Positions 19,548 to 29,075 of a stretch of DNA of 64,000 bases are shown here, in pieces. The DNA comes from an uncultured Smithella sp. GTDB lineage: Bacteria; Desulfobacterota; Syntrophia; Syntrophales; Smithellaceae. The stretch lies in assembly GCA_964539765.1 (NCBI GenBank), contig CAZIJZ010000001.1, forward strand, positions 219,004 through 283,003. Reading direction: 5' to 3'. Under the pieces are notes generated by a model. That model saw only the letters and a program-made list of their open reading frames with translations, did no database searches and was not told where the DNA came from. The position numbers and the translations under genes are program-made. The first letter of the stretch is position 1; every line of letters starts with the position of its first letter.

Positions 19548-20503
19548 GGCAAATTAAATTTCTTAAAATCATTATTTAATGGATGTGATTTGAAAAATTT
19601 CATCACACAACTTCTGATTTCGTTCAATGCACCGGGAGCGAACCAGACGATCTCCCTGTCGGATTTAAACCATGTCATCTGACGCCGGGCGTATTGCCAC
19701 GTATCGCGCTTGATTAAATCAATGGTCTCCTCCCAGCCGTGTTGCTTGTTTAAAAATCCGATAACCTGTTTATAACCCAGCGATTGCAGTGATTTCAGAT
19801 TCGCGCTATAGCCCATGGCTATAATTTTTTTTACTTCATCCAGCAATCCGGCAGCGATCATTATATCGGTGCGAGTTTCGATCCTCTGCTTCAATGCTTG
19901 GCGGTCAACGTGAATACCGATCTTGCAGGTTGTGAAAGGATTGTCCGCAAAAGAATGTCTTTTTTGTTTTACCGTTATGGATTCTCCCGTCTGCTCCAGC
20001 ACTTCCAGCGCTCGGATGACCCTGACCGAATCGTTGGGCTTGATCCGTTCGGCAGCAGCGGCATCTCTTTGCCGCAGCAAATCATAAAGATAATGTTTTC
20101 CGTGTGTGTCCCGCAGATCGCGATAATGATTCCTGATATTTTCGTCCACGTCCGGCGTATCGATAATGCCCCGGAGCAGAGCTCTGATGTAAAGCCCCGT
20201 GCCGCCCACAACAAAGACAGGCTTCCCTCTCTCTGTCGATTCGGCAATGATCGTCCGCGCCTTTTCGGCAAACAAAGCAGCGTTGAATTCTTGATCAGGA
20301 TTTACAACATCAATCAAGTGATGACGGATCCCCTTGCGCTCTTCTTTTGTCGGCTTGGCCGTGCCGATATTCAGATAGCGGTAAACCTGCATGGAATCCG
20401 CGCTGATGATTTCACCGCCGAATTCCAGCGCCAGATTGACAGCAAGATCCGTTTTACCCGTGGCGGTGGCTGAATTGATGATTACCAGCGGCAACTTTTC
20501 CAT
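19544..20503 (-). CDS. miaA: tRNA dimethylallyltransferase
   Basis: 319 aa. P-loop SATATGKTDLA, DSMQVYR and RQ.TWF motifs of MiaA. Follows mutL as in many bacteria. Confidence 0.93.
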   Translation of the reverse strand: MEKLPLVIINSATATGKTDLAVNLALEFGGEIISADSMQVYRYLNIGTAKPTKEERKGIRHHLIDVVNPDQEFNAALFAEKARTIIAESTERGKPVFVVGGTGLYIRALLRGIIDTPDVDENIRNHYRDLRDTHGKHYLYDLLRQRDAAAAERIKPNDSVRVIRALEVLEQTGESITVKQKRHSFADNPFTTCKIGIHVDRQALKQRIETRTDIMIAAGLLDEVKKIIAMGYSANLKSLQSLGYKQVIGFLNKQHGWEETIDLIKRDTWQYARRQMTWFKSDREIVWFAPGALNEIRSCVMKFFKSHPLNNDFKKFNLP

Positions 20504-20512
20504 GGCGGATGA

Positions 20513-22306
20513 TCACTTTCTTTTAAACATTCTTTCGATTTCGCCGAGGGAAAAGTTGATGGTGACGGGACGCCCGTGCGGACAAGTCAGATTAAAGGGC
20601 GTTGCTTCCAGGTCGTGACACAAAGCGGCAACCTCTTCATTGCCCAGAAACCTGTTCGCCTTGATTGCCGCGCGACAAGCCAGCGATGCCAGTATTTTTT
20701 CTTTTCTTTCCCTCAATGATGGAATCTGAGTCTGCTCGATTAACTGATCGGCAACATCGAAAATCATTTCTCTGACCTGAACGTTGGAGAGAATAGCCGG
20801 TACCGCTTTGACGGCAATGGCGTCACGACCAAAGATTTCAATGTCCAGACCAATCTCCTGAAAGAAATCCAGATAATCGGCAAAAAGGGTTATCTGTCCC
20901 GGCGTCAGGTTGATGATTTCGGGCATCAGCAGCGACTGACTGACTACCTTGTCTCCCGATGATTGCTTCAACTTTTCCAGAATGATTCGTTCGTGCGCCG
21001 CATGCTGATCCAGAAGAACGAGGGCGCCCTCGCCTTCAAAAATAAGATAGGTATTGGCATATTGCCCCACATATCTCATGCCGGTAAAAGATATCGTCTC
21101 GTTTGCGGATGCTGTATCGCTGGATACCGCTACAGCATCTTCCCGCGCTGCCGGACGTTTCAATAAATCTTCATGGATGGCCTGCTGTAAATTGCGTCTG
21201 GAAAACATGCCAAAAGGCACCGTCGGAGATTTTTCCCGCACCGGCGATGTGGCAAAAGAAAAGACAGGCTTCTCTTTGGGCTCCAGACGATAAATAAAAT
21301 TGCCCTTTGACGTTTGAGCGCCGGCCAGACTCTGCGCGATTGTTTTGGATACGAGATCAAAAACAGCATGCACGTCCTTAAAGCGAACTTCCAGCTTGGC
21401 CGGATGAACATTAACATCAACATCCGCCGTCGGCATTTCGAGAAAGAGAACAGCGGCGGGATAGCGTCGTGGCTCGATGATCTGCCGGTATGATGATAAA
21501 ACGGCGTGAGTGACACTGTTGTCGCGGACAAAGCGTCTGTTGACAAACAGATAAACACTTTTCGAATTTGATTTCGTATATTCCGGCCGTGAGATAAAAC
21601 CGGTCAAGGCTAAATCATCTTTTTGTGCCTCAACGGCGAGACAATGCGCAGCGAAATCATCACCCATCACCATCGCGATTCTTTGCGAAAGATCTTTGAC
21701 TTCCGGCGCAACGAAAGTTTCTCGCCCATTGACCAGCACTTTAAAACGAACGTCCGGATGTGCCAGCGCAATGCGGGTAATCGTATCCAAACAGGCGCTC
21801 TGCTCCGTTGCTTCCGTTTTGAGAAATTTCCTGCGCGCCGGGACATTGGCAAATATTTTGGTCACCGATATCTGTGTGCCTTCCGGACAGCCTGCCGGAG
21901 CAATTTCTTTAATGCTGCCCGTTTCCAATGTGGCTTTTGTTCCAGCCACATCATTATTGCGTCTGGTCAGTAATTCTACCCGTGCGATCGAAGCAATGCT
22001 GGGCATGGCCTCACCGCGGAAACCGAAGGAGACCACATTAAAGATATCGTCAAATTTATGAATCTTGCTGGTGGCATGTCGCTCAAAGACCAAGGGGACA
22101 TCATCGCGCTCGATTCCCGAACCATTATCGATCACCTTGATGGAGAGAGTACCCCCTTTTTCCAATTCCACCCTGATATCGGTCGCTCCGGCATCAATGG
22201 AATTTTCGACCAGCTCCTTGACAATCGACGCCGGTCTTTCCACCACTTCCCCTGCGGCTATTTTATTGGCTATTTCTGAAGATAAAACCTCAATGCGCTT
22301 TGACAA
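20513..22306 (-). CDS. mutL: DNA mismatch repair protein MutL
   Basis: 597 aa. GHKL ATPase N-terminus IAAGEVVERPASIVKELVENSIDAG, and C-terminal CPHGRP motif. Confidence 0.95.
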   Translation of the reverse strand: MSKRIEVLSSEIANKIAAGEVVERPASIVKELVENSIDAGATDIRVELEKGGTLSIKVIDNGSGIERDDVPLVFERHATSKIHKFDDIFNVVSFGFRGEAMPSIASIARVELLTRRNNDVAGTKATLETGSIKEIAPAGCPEGTQISVTKIFANVPARRKFLKTEATEQSACLDTITRIALAHPDVRFKVLVNGRETFVAPEVKDLSQRIAMVMGDDFAAHCLAVEAQKDDLALTGFISRPEYTKSNSKSVYLFVNRRFVRDNSVTHAVLSSYRQIIEPRRYPAAVLFLEMPTADVDVNVHPAKLEVRFKDVHAVFDLVSKTIAQSLAGAQTSKGNFIYRLEPKEKPVFSFATSPVREKSPTVPFGMFSRRNLQQAIHEDLLKRPAAREDAVAVSSDTASANETISFTGMRYVGQYANTYLIFEGEGALVLLDQHAAHERIILEKLKQSSGDKVVSQSLLMPEIINLTPGQITLFADYLDFFQEIGLDIEIFGRDAIAVKAVPAILSNVQVREMIFDVADQLIEQTQIPSLRERKEKILASLACRAAIKANRFLGNEEVAALCHDLEATPFNLTCPHGRPVTINFSLGEIERMFKRK

Positions 22307-22549
22307 CTTATTCTCCCGAATCTATTCAAAAACTGGTTTACCGGTCATGATCAACATCATCAGATTGCTTTTATTATTACGTTTGAAATTAACAGAAGAA
22401 TCCTGAACTTGCAACGAGTATTCTCGTCCTTCGCTTTATCCATTGGCCGACTTGATCCTCATTTGCACGATATTCCTTCTTTGTTTTTCAGATTTATGGA
22501 TTACCGATTTTATACATGTCTTTTCATTGTTTTTATTATTCAATAAACG

Positions 22550-22558
22550 TGCTATGAT
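22550..22558 (+). promoter_or_regulatory. extended -10 promoter candidate for the GspE-family ATPase
   Basis: TGcTATGAT at 22550-22558, 20 nt upstream of the ATG. No good -35 and no obvious SD, so weak. Confidence 0.25.
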
Positions 22559-22577
22559 ATAAACAAAAAAGTAATAT

Positions 22578-24317
22578 ATGGTTAGAAAAAAACTCGGCGA
22601 AATATTAATTGAGAACGGAATTGTATCTAAAAATCAGTTAATTAATGCACTGGCCCTTCAAAAAAAAAGCGGTAAGATGATCGGTCAGACGCTTATTGAA
22701 CTCGGATATATTTCCGAATCACAACTTACGGAAGCTTTTTTAAAAAAGTTTTCCATTTCTTATATTGACTGCAGCAATTTAGTGATTCCCGAAGATCACC
22801 TTAAAAAGATCAGCATCGCGATGGCCGTGAAAAAGAAGATATTGCCGACAAAATTATCCGGCAACACGCTTTTTCTGGCGATGGTCAACCCTCTTGACTA
22901 TTCAACCATCGACGAAGTCAAATTCATCACAGGTCATAATGTGACTCCCCTCCTGGCTACAGAATCTTCTCTCATGAAAGCTATTGAAAAGCATTACGGC
23001 TATTGTTCGATGGAAAATTTATGGAACCCGCTGACGGAAATGCATTTAGACGGAGAGATGCAGTTCAATTTGGATAGTAATTTTGAATCGATGAAATTTA
23101 ATGAACACGACGAAGAAGAACCCAAGGCGGATGATCTTTATAAAATCGGCGAAGAGCCTCCTATTGTCAAACTTGTTACCTTGATTCTTATCAACGCCGT
23201 CAAGTCAAGAGCGACGGACATTCATATCGAGCCGAATGAAAAATTCGTCAATGTCCGATACCGGATAGACGGCGATCTGACCAGTGTCCTGAAAATCTCA
23301 AAAAACCTGCAGGCGGCAGTAACCTCTAGAATAAAAATAATATCAACGATGAATATTACCATACGCCGGATGCCGCAGGACGGCAGAAGCACTGTAAAAT
23401 ACAATGGTCGTATGATTGATCTTCGTGTTTCCACTATTCCTTCCGCCTACGGTGAAACAATCGTAATCAGGATACTCGATTCGGCCGCGGGGCTCATTCC
23501 TCTCAGCAAACTGGGAATGCCGGATTCGATCATTCGAGAGCTTCTCGAGATGCTGAACAGACCTCAGGGGATGCTTTTTATCACCGGACCCACCGGAAGC
23601 GGAAAGACCACTACGCTTTATTCTCTGCTGACACAACTTTCGCTGGAATCGGAGAGCGTTGTGACGATTGAAGACCCTATTGAATACGAGTTGAAGAATA
23701 TTACCCAGATACCGGCCAATGAAAAAATCGGCTTTACTTTCGCTGCGGCCCTGCGATCGATACTGAGGCAGGACCCGGACGTTATCATGGTCGGAGAAGT
23801 GAGAGATTCCGATACCGCGCAGATTGCTACAAAAGCAGCGCTGACCGGCCATCTCGTCCTCAGCTCCATTCATACCAACGATACGATTGCGACAATATCC
23901 AGATTAAGAGATCTGGGCATTGAGCCGTATCTTATCAGCTCCGCTCTCAATGCCATACTGGCCCAAAGACTCGTTAAAAAAATATGCGAAAACTGTCGTA
24001 TTGAATATGAAATACCGCAATATCTTTTCGAGAATTATCCTTATTTGAAAAATCTGAATATCAGAATGTCCTATAGAGGTAAAGGTTGTGAGGCATGCGG
24101 GTTTACCGGATACAAGGGGCGAATAGGTATTTTTGAATTTCTTCGTGTCAACAGCAGCATGAGAAAGGCCATTCCTGATTATACGTCCGATCAGGAACTG
24201 TGCAATGTAGCACGGGAAAACGGCATGAAAACGCTTATTGAAGACGCCTGCGAAAAGATTGAAAGCGGCATCACGACGATTGAAGAAGTTCTGACAAAAA
24301 TTCACTACTATGATTAA
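22578..24317 (+). CDS. GspE/PilB/MshE-family secretion ATPase with N-terminal MshEN-type domain
   Basis: 579 aa. Walker A GPTGSGKTTT, Walker B DPDVIMVGEVRD, His box, tetracysteine CENC...CEAC. N-terminus KLGEILIENGIVSKNQLINALALQ-KKSGK-MIGQTLIELGYISESQLTEAFLKK. Confidence 0.88.
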   Translation: MVRKKLGEILIENGIVSKNQLINALALQKKSGKMIGQTLIELGYISESQLTEAFLKKFSISYIDCSNLVIPEDHLKKISIAMAVKKKILPTKLSGNTLFLAMVNPLDYSTIDEVKFITGHNVTPLLATESSLMKAIEKHYGYCSMENLWNPLTEMHLDGEMQFNLDSNFESMKFNEHDEEEPKADDLYKIGEEPPIVKLVTLILINAVKSRATDIHIEPNEKFVNVRYRIDGDLTSVLKISKNLQAAVTSRIKIISTMNITIRRMPQDGRSTVKYNGRMIDLRVSTIPSAYGETIVIRILDSAAGLIPLSKLGMPDSIIRELLEMLNRPQGMLFITGPTGSGKTTTLYSLLTQLSLESESVVTIEDPIEYELKNITQIPANEKIGFTFAAALRSILRQDPDVIMVGEVRDSDTAQIATKAALTGHLVLSSIHTNDTIATISRLRDLGIEPYLISSALNAILAQRLVKKICENCRIEYEIPQYLFENYPYLKNLNIRMSYRGKGCEACGFTGYKGRIGIFEFLRVNSSMRKAIPDYTSDQELCNVARENGMKTLIEDACEKIESGITTIEEVLTKIHYYD

Positions 24318-24342
24318 TATTTTCTCCGTCAGGATAATTATT

Positions 24343-24921
24343 TCATGGGATGGTGTCAAGGCCATTCAATATCCTGCTGAAGGACTTAAGCAGGATCCCG
24401 GCAATCACTTCATGTCCCCGCTCGTTCGGATAACGCGAGTCTTTTTGTGTCAGATCTCTGCTGGATAGATCATTTTTTTCAAGATAAACATTCCAGTAAT
24501 GATGCACGGGTATCAGCTCACACTTCAAGTCTGAAGCAACAATACCAATCGACCGGTAAAATATATCTACGGCACTCATGTCGTTGGGATTATCAAACGT
24601 GTGGGATGTTGCCAGAAATATAACGGGATTTAACAGTCTTCGTGCCAGCCGAATCATCTGGACGAGATTTTCCTGAAATTCAGAACGGTAAACACACTGG
24701 AATGCGTCGTCCACGCCGAAATGAATCAGAAGAACGTCCGGTTCATATCTGGCAATTTCTTTGTCAAACAGCTCGATACCGTCAAAAGAGGTCTCTCGGT
24801 ATTTTGACCGGTTTATGACTTCAATCCCTTTCGGAAGAAGCGCTTCCGTCAAAATATCGACATAACTTTTATCCACGCCGTAACCGGCCGCGATGCTGCC
24901 GCCGCGAATGACCAGTTTCAC
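24343..24921 (-). CDS. SGNH/GDSL-family hydrolase
   Basis: Block I VIRGGSIAAGYG, block III HFGVDDAF, block V PNERGH. GTG 24921 preferred (GAGGAGGGGG 3-6 nt upstream). The track ATG at 25005 lacks an SD. Confidence 0.75.
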   Translation of the reverse strand: MKLVIRGGSIAAGYGVDKSYVDILTEALLPKGIEVINRSKYRETSFDGIELFDKEIARYEPDVLLIHFGVDDAFQCVYRSEFQENLVQMIRLARRLLNPVIFLATSHTFDNPNDMSAVDIFYRSIGIVASDLKCELIPVHHYWNVYLEKNDLSSRDLTQKDSRYPNERGHEVIAGILLKSFSRILNGLDTIP

Positions 24922-25018
24922 AATCCCCCTCCTCTTTGCCTTTATCGCCCATTTTCGGCGTGACTCCCGTAATTCCTGTTCTCGATAACCGCAGGCCTTA
25001 AACATTTTTATTACGGAA

Positions 25019-26521
25019 TTATCCGGATTTGTTATTTCCGGCCAGATTCTTGAACATGTTCAAACCGTCCAGGTGTTGCAAATCCTTTTCGTAAAGCTCT
25101 TCCCATGTTTTTTGCTCCTGTTTGCGCCCGACCGTGCATTTGAGCAAAGGCCGTAAAAGATGGGTCCAAATCGGCACCCAGAGCCCCCCCTTGCTTCTCA
25201 TAAGTGGGGAAGGCTCCCACCATCCGAATATTTTCTGCCGGTGCAGCCAGACCAGATACTGCAGTTGATCTGTATCGAGATGCCGTGTTTTTATAGTGGC
25301 CCTGAGGCCGTTGTACAATTTGTAATTACAGGGCTTTGTCACCATTCCCTGTTCCAGCAACTGCCGGCGCATTCGGGTTTTCGGATAGGGCGTCAGAATT
25401 TGACAATAGGGAATATCAACATTAAGAGATTTCAGAAAATGATAATTTTCAATAATCTCTTTTTCATCATCGTCGGGAAAACCGAAAATCAGTCCGGCAA
25501 TCACCATCATGCCGAACTGATGGCATATCTGAACCGCTTTTTTTGAAAGGTTCACGATATCGCCTTTGTCGGATTCCACCAGATTTTTTCTTGAAACATT
25601 TTCAATACCCAGAAAAACAGTTTTTATTCCGGCAAGGGACATTTTCCTTACCATCTCTTCGTTTCCGGAAATGGAAACGCAATCAGCCTGGACGTGCAGA
25701 GTCAATCCCCTGTATTTTTTCTCAATGATCGCATCACAGAGACGGATCATCCGTTCGGGATCCAGCACCAGGTTGTCATCCACAATAAAGATCGCGCGGG
25801 TATTCCGCTGGCAATAGATATCATCGATATCCGCCAGAACCCTCTCGATGGGAAAAGTCCGAAACGACTGTCCATACATCTCCCTCATACTGCAAAACGC
25901 ACACGATCTTGTGCATCCCCGGGAGGTCTCCATAACTTCGATTTTGGAGAAGACGGCATGATATCCGGATGTCAGACGGCGCTTATCGCGTATGGGGATC
26001 TTTAATTTGGTCAGATCCAGTAAGGCTCCTCTGTCATTATGATAAAACTTTCCCTGAATTTTAAAAGACAAAGAAGGAATCTTTTCCAGTTTGTCTTTGC
26101 CCTCAAGAGCATTGACCAGGCGCCGGAAAGACTCTTCACCTTCGCCGCGGATCATGAAATCGATCAGACCGGACTCCTGAGACGCGGCAATTTCTTCATA
26201 CATCAGCGTGGCGTGATATCCGCCGATAACGATCTTGCCCCCCGGCAGAAGAAACCGGATAAAGCGGATGACATCGATACAGGTCTCATACTGCCAGGCC
26301 ATGGCCGACAAACCGACCAGATGTGGACGGATCTTAAGGAGCAATCGTTTCAGATAATATGCAAGCTGTCTGCGTTTTCGGATCAGATCGACAACATAAA
26401 CATCATGTCCGTCGTCAAGATTGGCGCCTATGCTTGCAATTCCGCAATTGGGCAGGTGAAAGGCGCTTTCATGCATAATCATCGGTATCGAGTCTGGCAT
26501 GGACATCAAGACTATCTTCAT
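25019..26521 (-). CDS. B12-binding-domain radical SAM protein (class B)
   Basis: 500 aa. N-terminal Rossmann-like B12-binding region (MKIVLMSMP...VGLSAM...IVIGGYHAT) and radical SAM CxxxCxxC (RGCTRSCAFCS). Confidence 0.88.
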   Translation of the reverse strand: MKIVLMSMPDSIPMIMHESAFHLPNCGIASIGANLDDGHDVYVVDLIRKRRQLAYYLKRLLLKIRPHLVGLSAMAWQYETCIDVIRFIRFLLPGGKIVIGGYHATLMYEEIAASQESGLIDFMIRGEGEESFRRLVNALEGKDKLEKIPSLSFKIQGKFYHNDRGALLDLTKLKIPIRDKRRLTSGYHAVFSKIEVMETSRGCTRSCAFCSMREMYGQSFRTFPIERVLADIDDIYCQRNTRAIFIVDDNLVLDPERMIRLCDAIIEKKYRGLTLHVQADCVSISGNEEMVRKMSLAGIKTVFLGIENVSRKNLVESDKGDIVNLSKKAVQICHQFGMMVIAGLIFGFPDDDEKEIIENYHFLKSLNVDIPYCQILTPYPKTRMRRQLLEQGMVTKPCNYKLYNGLRATIKTRHLDTDQLQYLVWLHRQKIFGWWEPSPLMRSKGGLWVPIWTHLLRPLLKCTVGRKQEQKTWEELYEKDLQHLDGLNMFKNLAGNNKSG

Positions 26522-26640
26522 AGTGCCCCGAAACCTTGCTGCAAAAGGATATCGCTGTTTATTACGATGTTGATGCTTTTTGAAGAGACTGCCCTGCCCC
26601 GAATAATTCTATTCTATAAAAAAAGTTTATGCAACTGCCG

Positions 26641-26904
26641 TTATACTTGCCATTCTTTTTCCCATTGCAACTGATCCTTCTCGCTGATCAGCCTTTTGCC
26701 GGTGAGAAAGTAACTGAATATTTCGGGATGTTTATTCAAGTATTTTTCATCCGCTTCTTCCAGAAGATCCTTTATGGTATAGAAACATTCAATGTAACAA
26801 TTGGCCTGCGCATTTGATAAATTTTTTCCCCATGAATATTCAATGATTTCTTTCGTGATATAAGCGAATTTGAGTATTTCCTGATCGGTTAAATTGACTT
26901 TCAT
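26641..26904 (-). CDS. hypothetical small acidic protein
   Basis: 87 aa, predicted helical, no family recognised. Good SD (GAGGA 6 nt upstream of the ATG) and an extended -10 upstream support expression. Confidence 0.5.
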   Translation of the reverse strand: MKVNLTDQEILKFAYITKEIIEYSWGKNLSNAQANCYIECFYTIKDLLEEADEKYLNKHPEIFSYFLTGKRLISEKDQLQWEKEWQV

Positions 26905-26990
26905 GTTTCATCCTCTGTAAAGTTAAAATAAATTATCTTTGCTGATTTATGGCTCATCAGAAGCAAACGAAAGTTAATGTTTATTTTGAT

Positions 26991-26999
26991 ACTATAGCA
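26991..26999 (-). promoter_or_regulatory. extended -10 promoter candidate for the 87-aa ORF
   Basis: The minus strand reads TGcTATAGT. It lies about 85 nt upstream of the ORF start, in an AT-rich spacer. Confidence 0.35.
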
Positions 27000-27183
27000 C
27001 AATTTCCATCCTTGGAGAAATAAGAATTATTTTCATTGCTCCTTCGGGAAATCAGTCAGTCGTGATCTCGCATAAAGAGATGCGTCGGTTCATTTTTCCA
27101 ACACAATATTATAATACCCATTAGCTCCGTTATGAAGGGTAATCGGCATGAGAAGAACAGCGGCGCAGTTCGGCAATGTGTAT

Positions 27184-27378
27184 TTATTGAAAACGTCGAT
27201 CAATATTTTTGACCGATGATAATTTGAGAAATATCTTAACGCCCAGATCGACCAGCAACATGGAACAGTAGGGTCCGGGCACCTGCGTGGACAAATCCAG
27301 CACCCTGATGCCTTCGAGAGGATAAACTCGCTGATTCCCGCGAGGATCATCTTTCCTCATGGTCCTGTTTCCATTCAC
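27184..27378 (-). pseudogene. N-terminal remnant of a family III (CaiB/BaiF) CoA-transferase
   Basis: [27 protein letters not shown] matches the conserved N-terminal motif of the roughly 400-aa family. The reading frame decays (VKIFLKLSS...) and stops after 64 codons. No continuation in the other frames. Confidence 0.6.
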
Positions 27379-27389
27379 CGTTTAAACTT

Positions 27390-28292
27390 TTATTTTTTGA
27401 AATTACAATTCTGCAGATAATCCTGCAGTGCCAGCTGCCACGGTTGCGTGGTCTTTCCTGTGGTCTGAATAAACTTCTGTATGCTTAAAATACTGTATGC
27501 CGGACGCAGGGCGGGTCTTTTCAGATCGGCAGATTTGATCGGATCCACACCAACATTATCGAAGCCGGCTTCTTTTAAGATTTTAACGGCAAATTGATGC
27601 CAGGTACAACTGCCCCGGTTGGTGACATGAAATATTCCCTGCGCGTTTTTCTCAATGAGAAGAGCAACCGCCGCGGCCAAATCTTTTGTATAAGTCGGTG
27701 ATCCGATCTGATCGTCAATCACCGAAATCGTAGAGGGTCCGTCAGGAACGGCATTTGCCTTTGCCATGGCGTCATTGATAAAATTTTTCGCTTTTGCTTT
27801 TTCCAAAATAGACTGCACAAAATTTTTCCCTTTTGTTCCGAAAAGCCACGATGTCCGGATTAAAAGGTAATGATCGGAAAGACTTTGCAGACAGCGTTCG
27901 CCGGCCAGTTTTGATTCTCCGTAAACGTTGATTGGATTGCATGACGCGTCTTCCTTGTATGGTTCCCGGGCTGTGCCGTCAAAAACGTAATCGGTGCTGA
28001 AATGAATGATTCTGATTTTTTTATCCCGGCAGGCTTCGGCGATATTTTTGACGGCTTCGGCGTTGACGGCAAAGCAACCTTCCTTGTCCGTTTCGCAGCC
28101 GTCAACATTGGTGTAGGCGGCAGCGTTGATGACAATATCGGGCTCAATTTCCCGGATGGCGTTTCTGCATTCCTCAGCGGAAACGATATCAATTTCTTCC
28201 TTATCCATGCCGACCACGTCATGTTTTCCGGAAAGTTTTGTCAGGAGATCACTTCCCAGCATTCCCTTATGTCCCAGCAACATTATTTTCAC
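27390..28292 (-). CDS. rfbD: dTDP-4-dehydrorhamnose reductase
   Basis: 300 aa. MLLGHKGMLGSDL Rossmann N-terminus, STDYVFDG and YGESKLAGE (YxxxK) motifs of RmlD. Confidence 0.9.
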   Translation of the reverse strand: MKIMLLGHKGMLGSDLLTKLSGKHDVVGMDKEEIDIVSAEECRNAIREIEPDIVINAAAYTNVDGCETDKEGCFAVNAEAVKNIAEACRDKKIRIIHFSTDYVFDGTAREPYKEDASCNPINVYGESKLAGERCLQSLSDHYLLIRTSWLFGTKGKNFVQSILEKAKAKNFINDAMAKANAVPDGPSTISVIDDQIGSPTYTKDLAAAVALLIEKNAQGIFHVTNRGSCTWHQFAVKILKEAGFDNVGVDPIKSADLKRPALRPAYSILSIQKFIQTTGKTTQPWQLALQDYLQNCNFKK

Positions 28293-29030
28293 TTAGTATT
28301 TAACCTCCTTCAGGAACAAACCACAGGCCGGCGCCGTCGCGCCCGCAATGTTTCTGTTTTTAGATTCAACAATTAGCTTCATTTCTTTAGGTTCCCGTTT
28401 ACCCCGTCCCACGTCCACCAACGTGCCGATAATGTTCCTGACCATGTATTTCAAAAAGCCGTGCGATTCCACTTTTATTTCAATCAATCCCTCTTCGCCG
28501 GTCTTGATTTCGATATCGACAATAGTTCGCACATGATCTTTGACATCCGACCCGGTGGCGCAAAAGCAGGAAAAATCATGCGTGCCGAGTAAATATTTTG
28601 CCGCCTTTTTTATGTTGGCGATATCCAGCGGATAGCGCACATGCCAGAAATAATGGCGGCCCAATGCCGGTCGCAGCTTTTGATTGTAAATCTTATAAAC
28701 ATAAATTTTACTTTTGGCGTCACGCAGTGCATGAAAATCATCAGTTCTTTCTTCCAGTTTTTTAACGACAACATCCGGCGGCAATACGCTGTTCACACCC
28801 AGAAATATTTTATTTACGGGCAATTTCGTTGCGCATCTGAAACTGCCTACCTGATTCAAGGCGTGAACGCCGGCATCCGTCCGGCCGGAACCGATAACGG
28901 ATACTTTCTGTCCGGTTATTTTTTCAATGGCTTCTTCGAGAAGCTGCTGAATGGAGACACCATTATCCTGCCTTTGCCAGCCGCAATAGGCGGAGCCGTC
29001 ATATTCAACAGTCATTTTAAAATTACGCAT
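28293..29030 (-). CDS. truA: tRNA pseudouridine(38-40) synthase
   Basis: 245 aa. YDGSAYCGWQRQ and catalytic GSGRTDAGVHA motifs. Confidence 0.93.
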   Translation of the reverse strand: MRNFKMTVEYDGSAYCGWQRQDNGVSIQQLLEEAIEKITGQKVSVIGSGRTDAGVHALNQVGSFRCATKLPVNKIFLGVNSVLPPDVVVKKLEERTDDFHALRDAKSKIYVYKIYNQKLRPALGRHYFWHVRYPLDIANIKKAAKYLLGTHDFSCFCATGSDVKDHVRTIVDIEIKTGEEGLIEIKVESHGFLKYMVRNIIGTLVDVGRGKREPKEMKLIVESKNRNIAGATAPACGLFLKEVKY

Positions 29031-29075
29031 AACTATTCCTGAATTTATTACCGGACAGTCTACGAAAAGGAAGCA

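Noticed and set aside
22307-22577. Sigma-54 promoter or small RNA in the 271-nt mutL/GspE-ATPase divergent spacer
   Set aside because: There is no GG-N10-GC element with correct spacing. Only a short 5-bp hairpin (acgag-tatt-ctcgt) is present, which is insufficient evidence for an RNA gene.
27090-27350. 86-aa alternative-frame ORF overlapping the CoA-transferase remnant
   Set aside because: There is no motif, no SD and no continuation of CoA-transferase homology, so it does not support a simple frameshifted full-length pseudogene.
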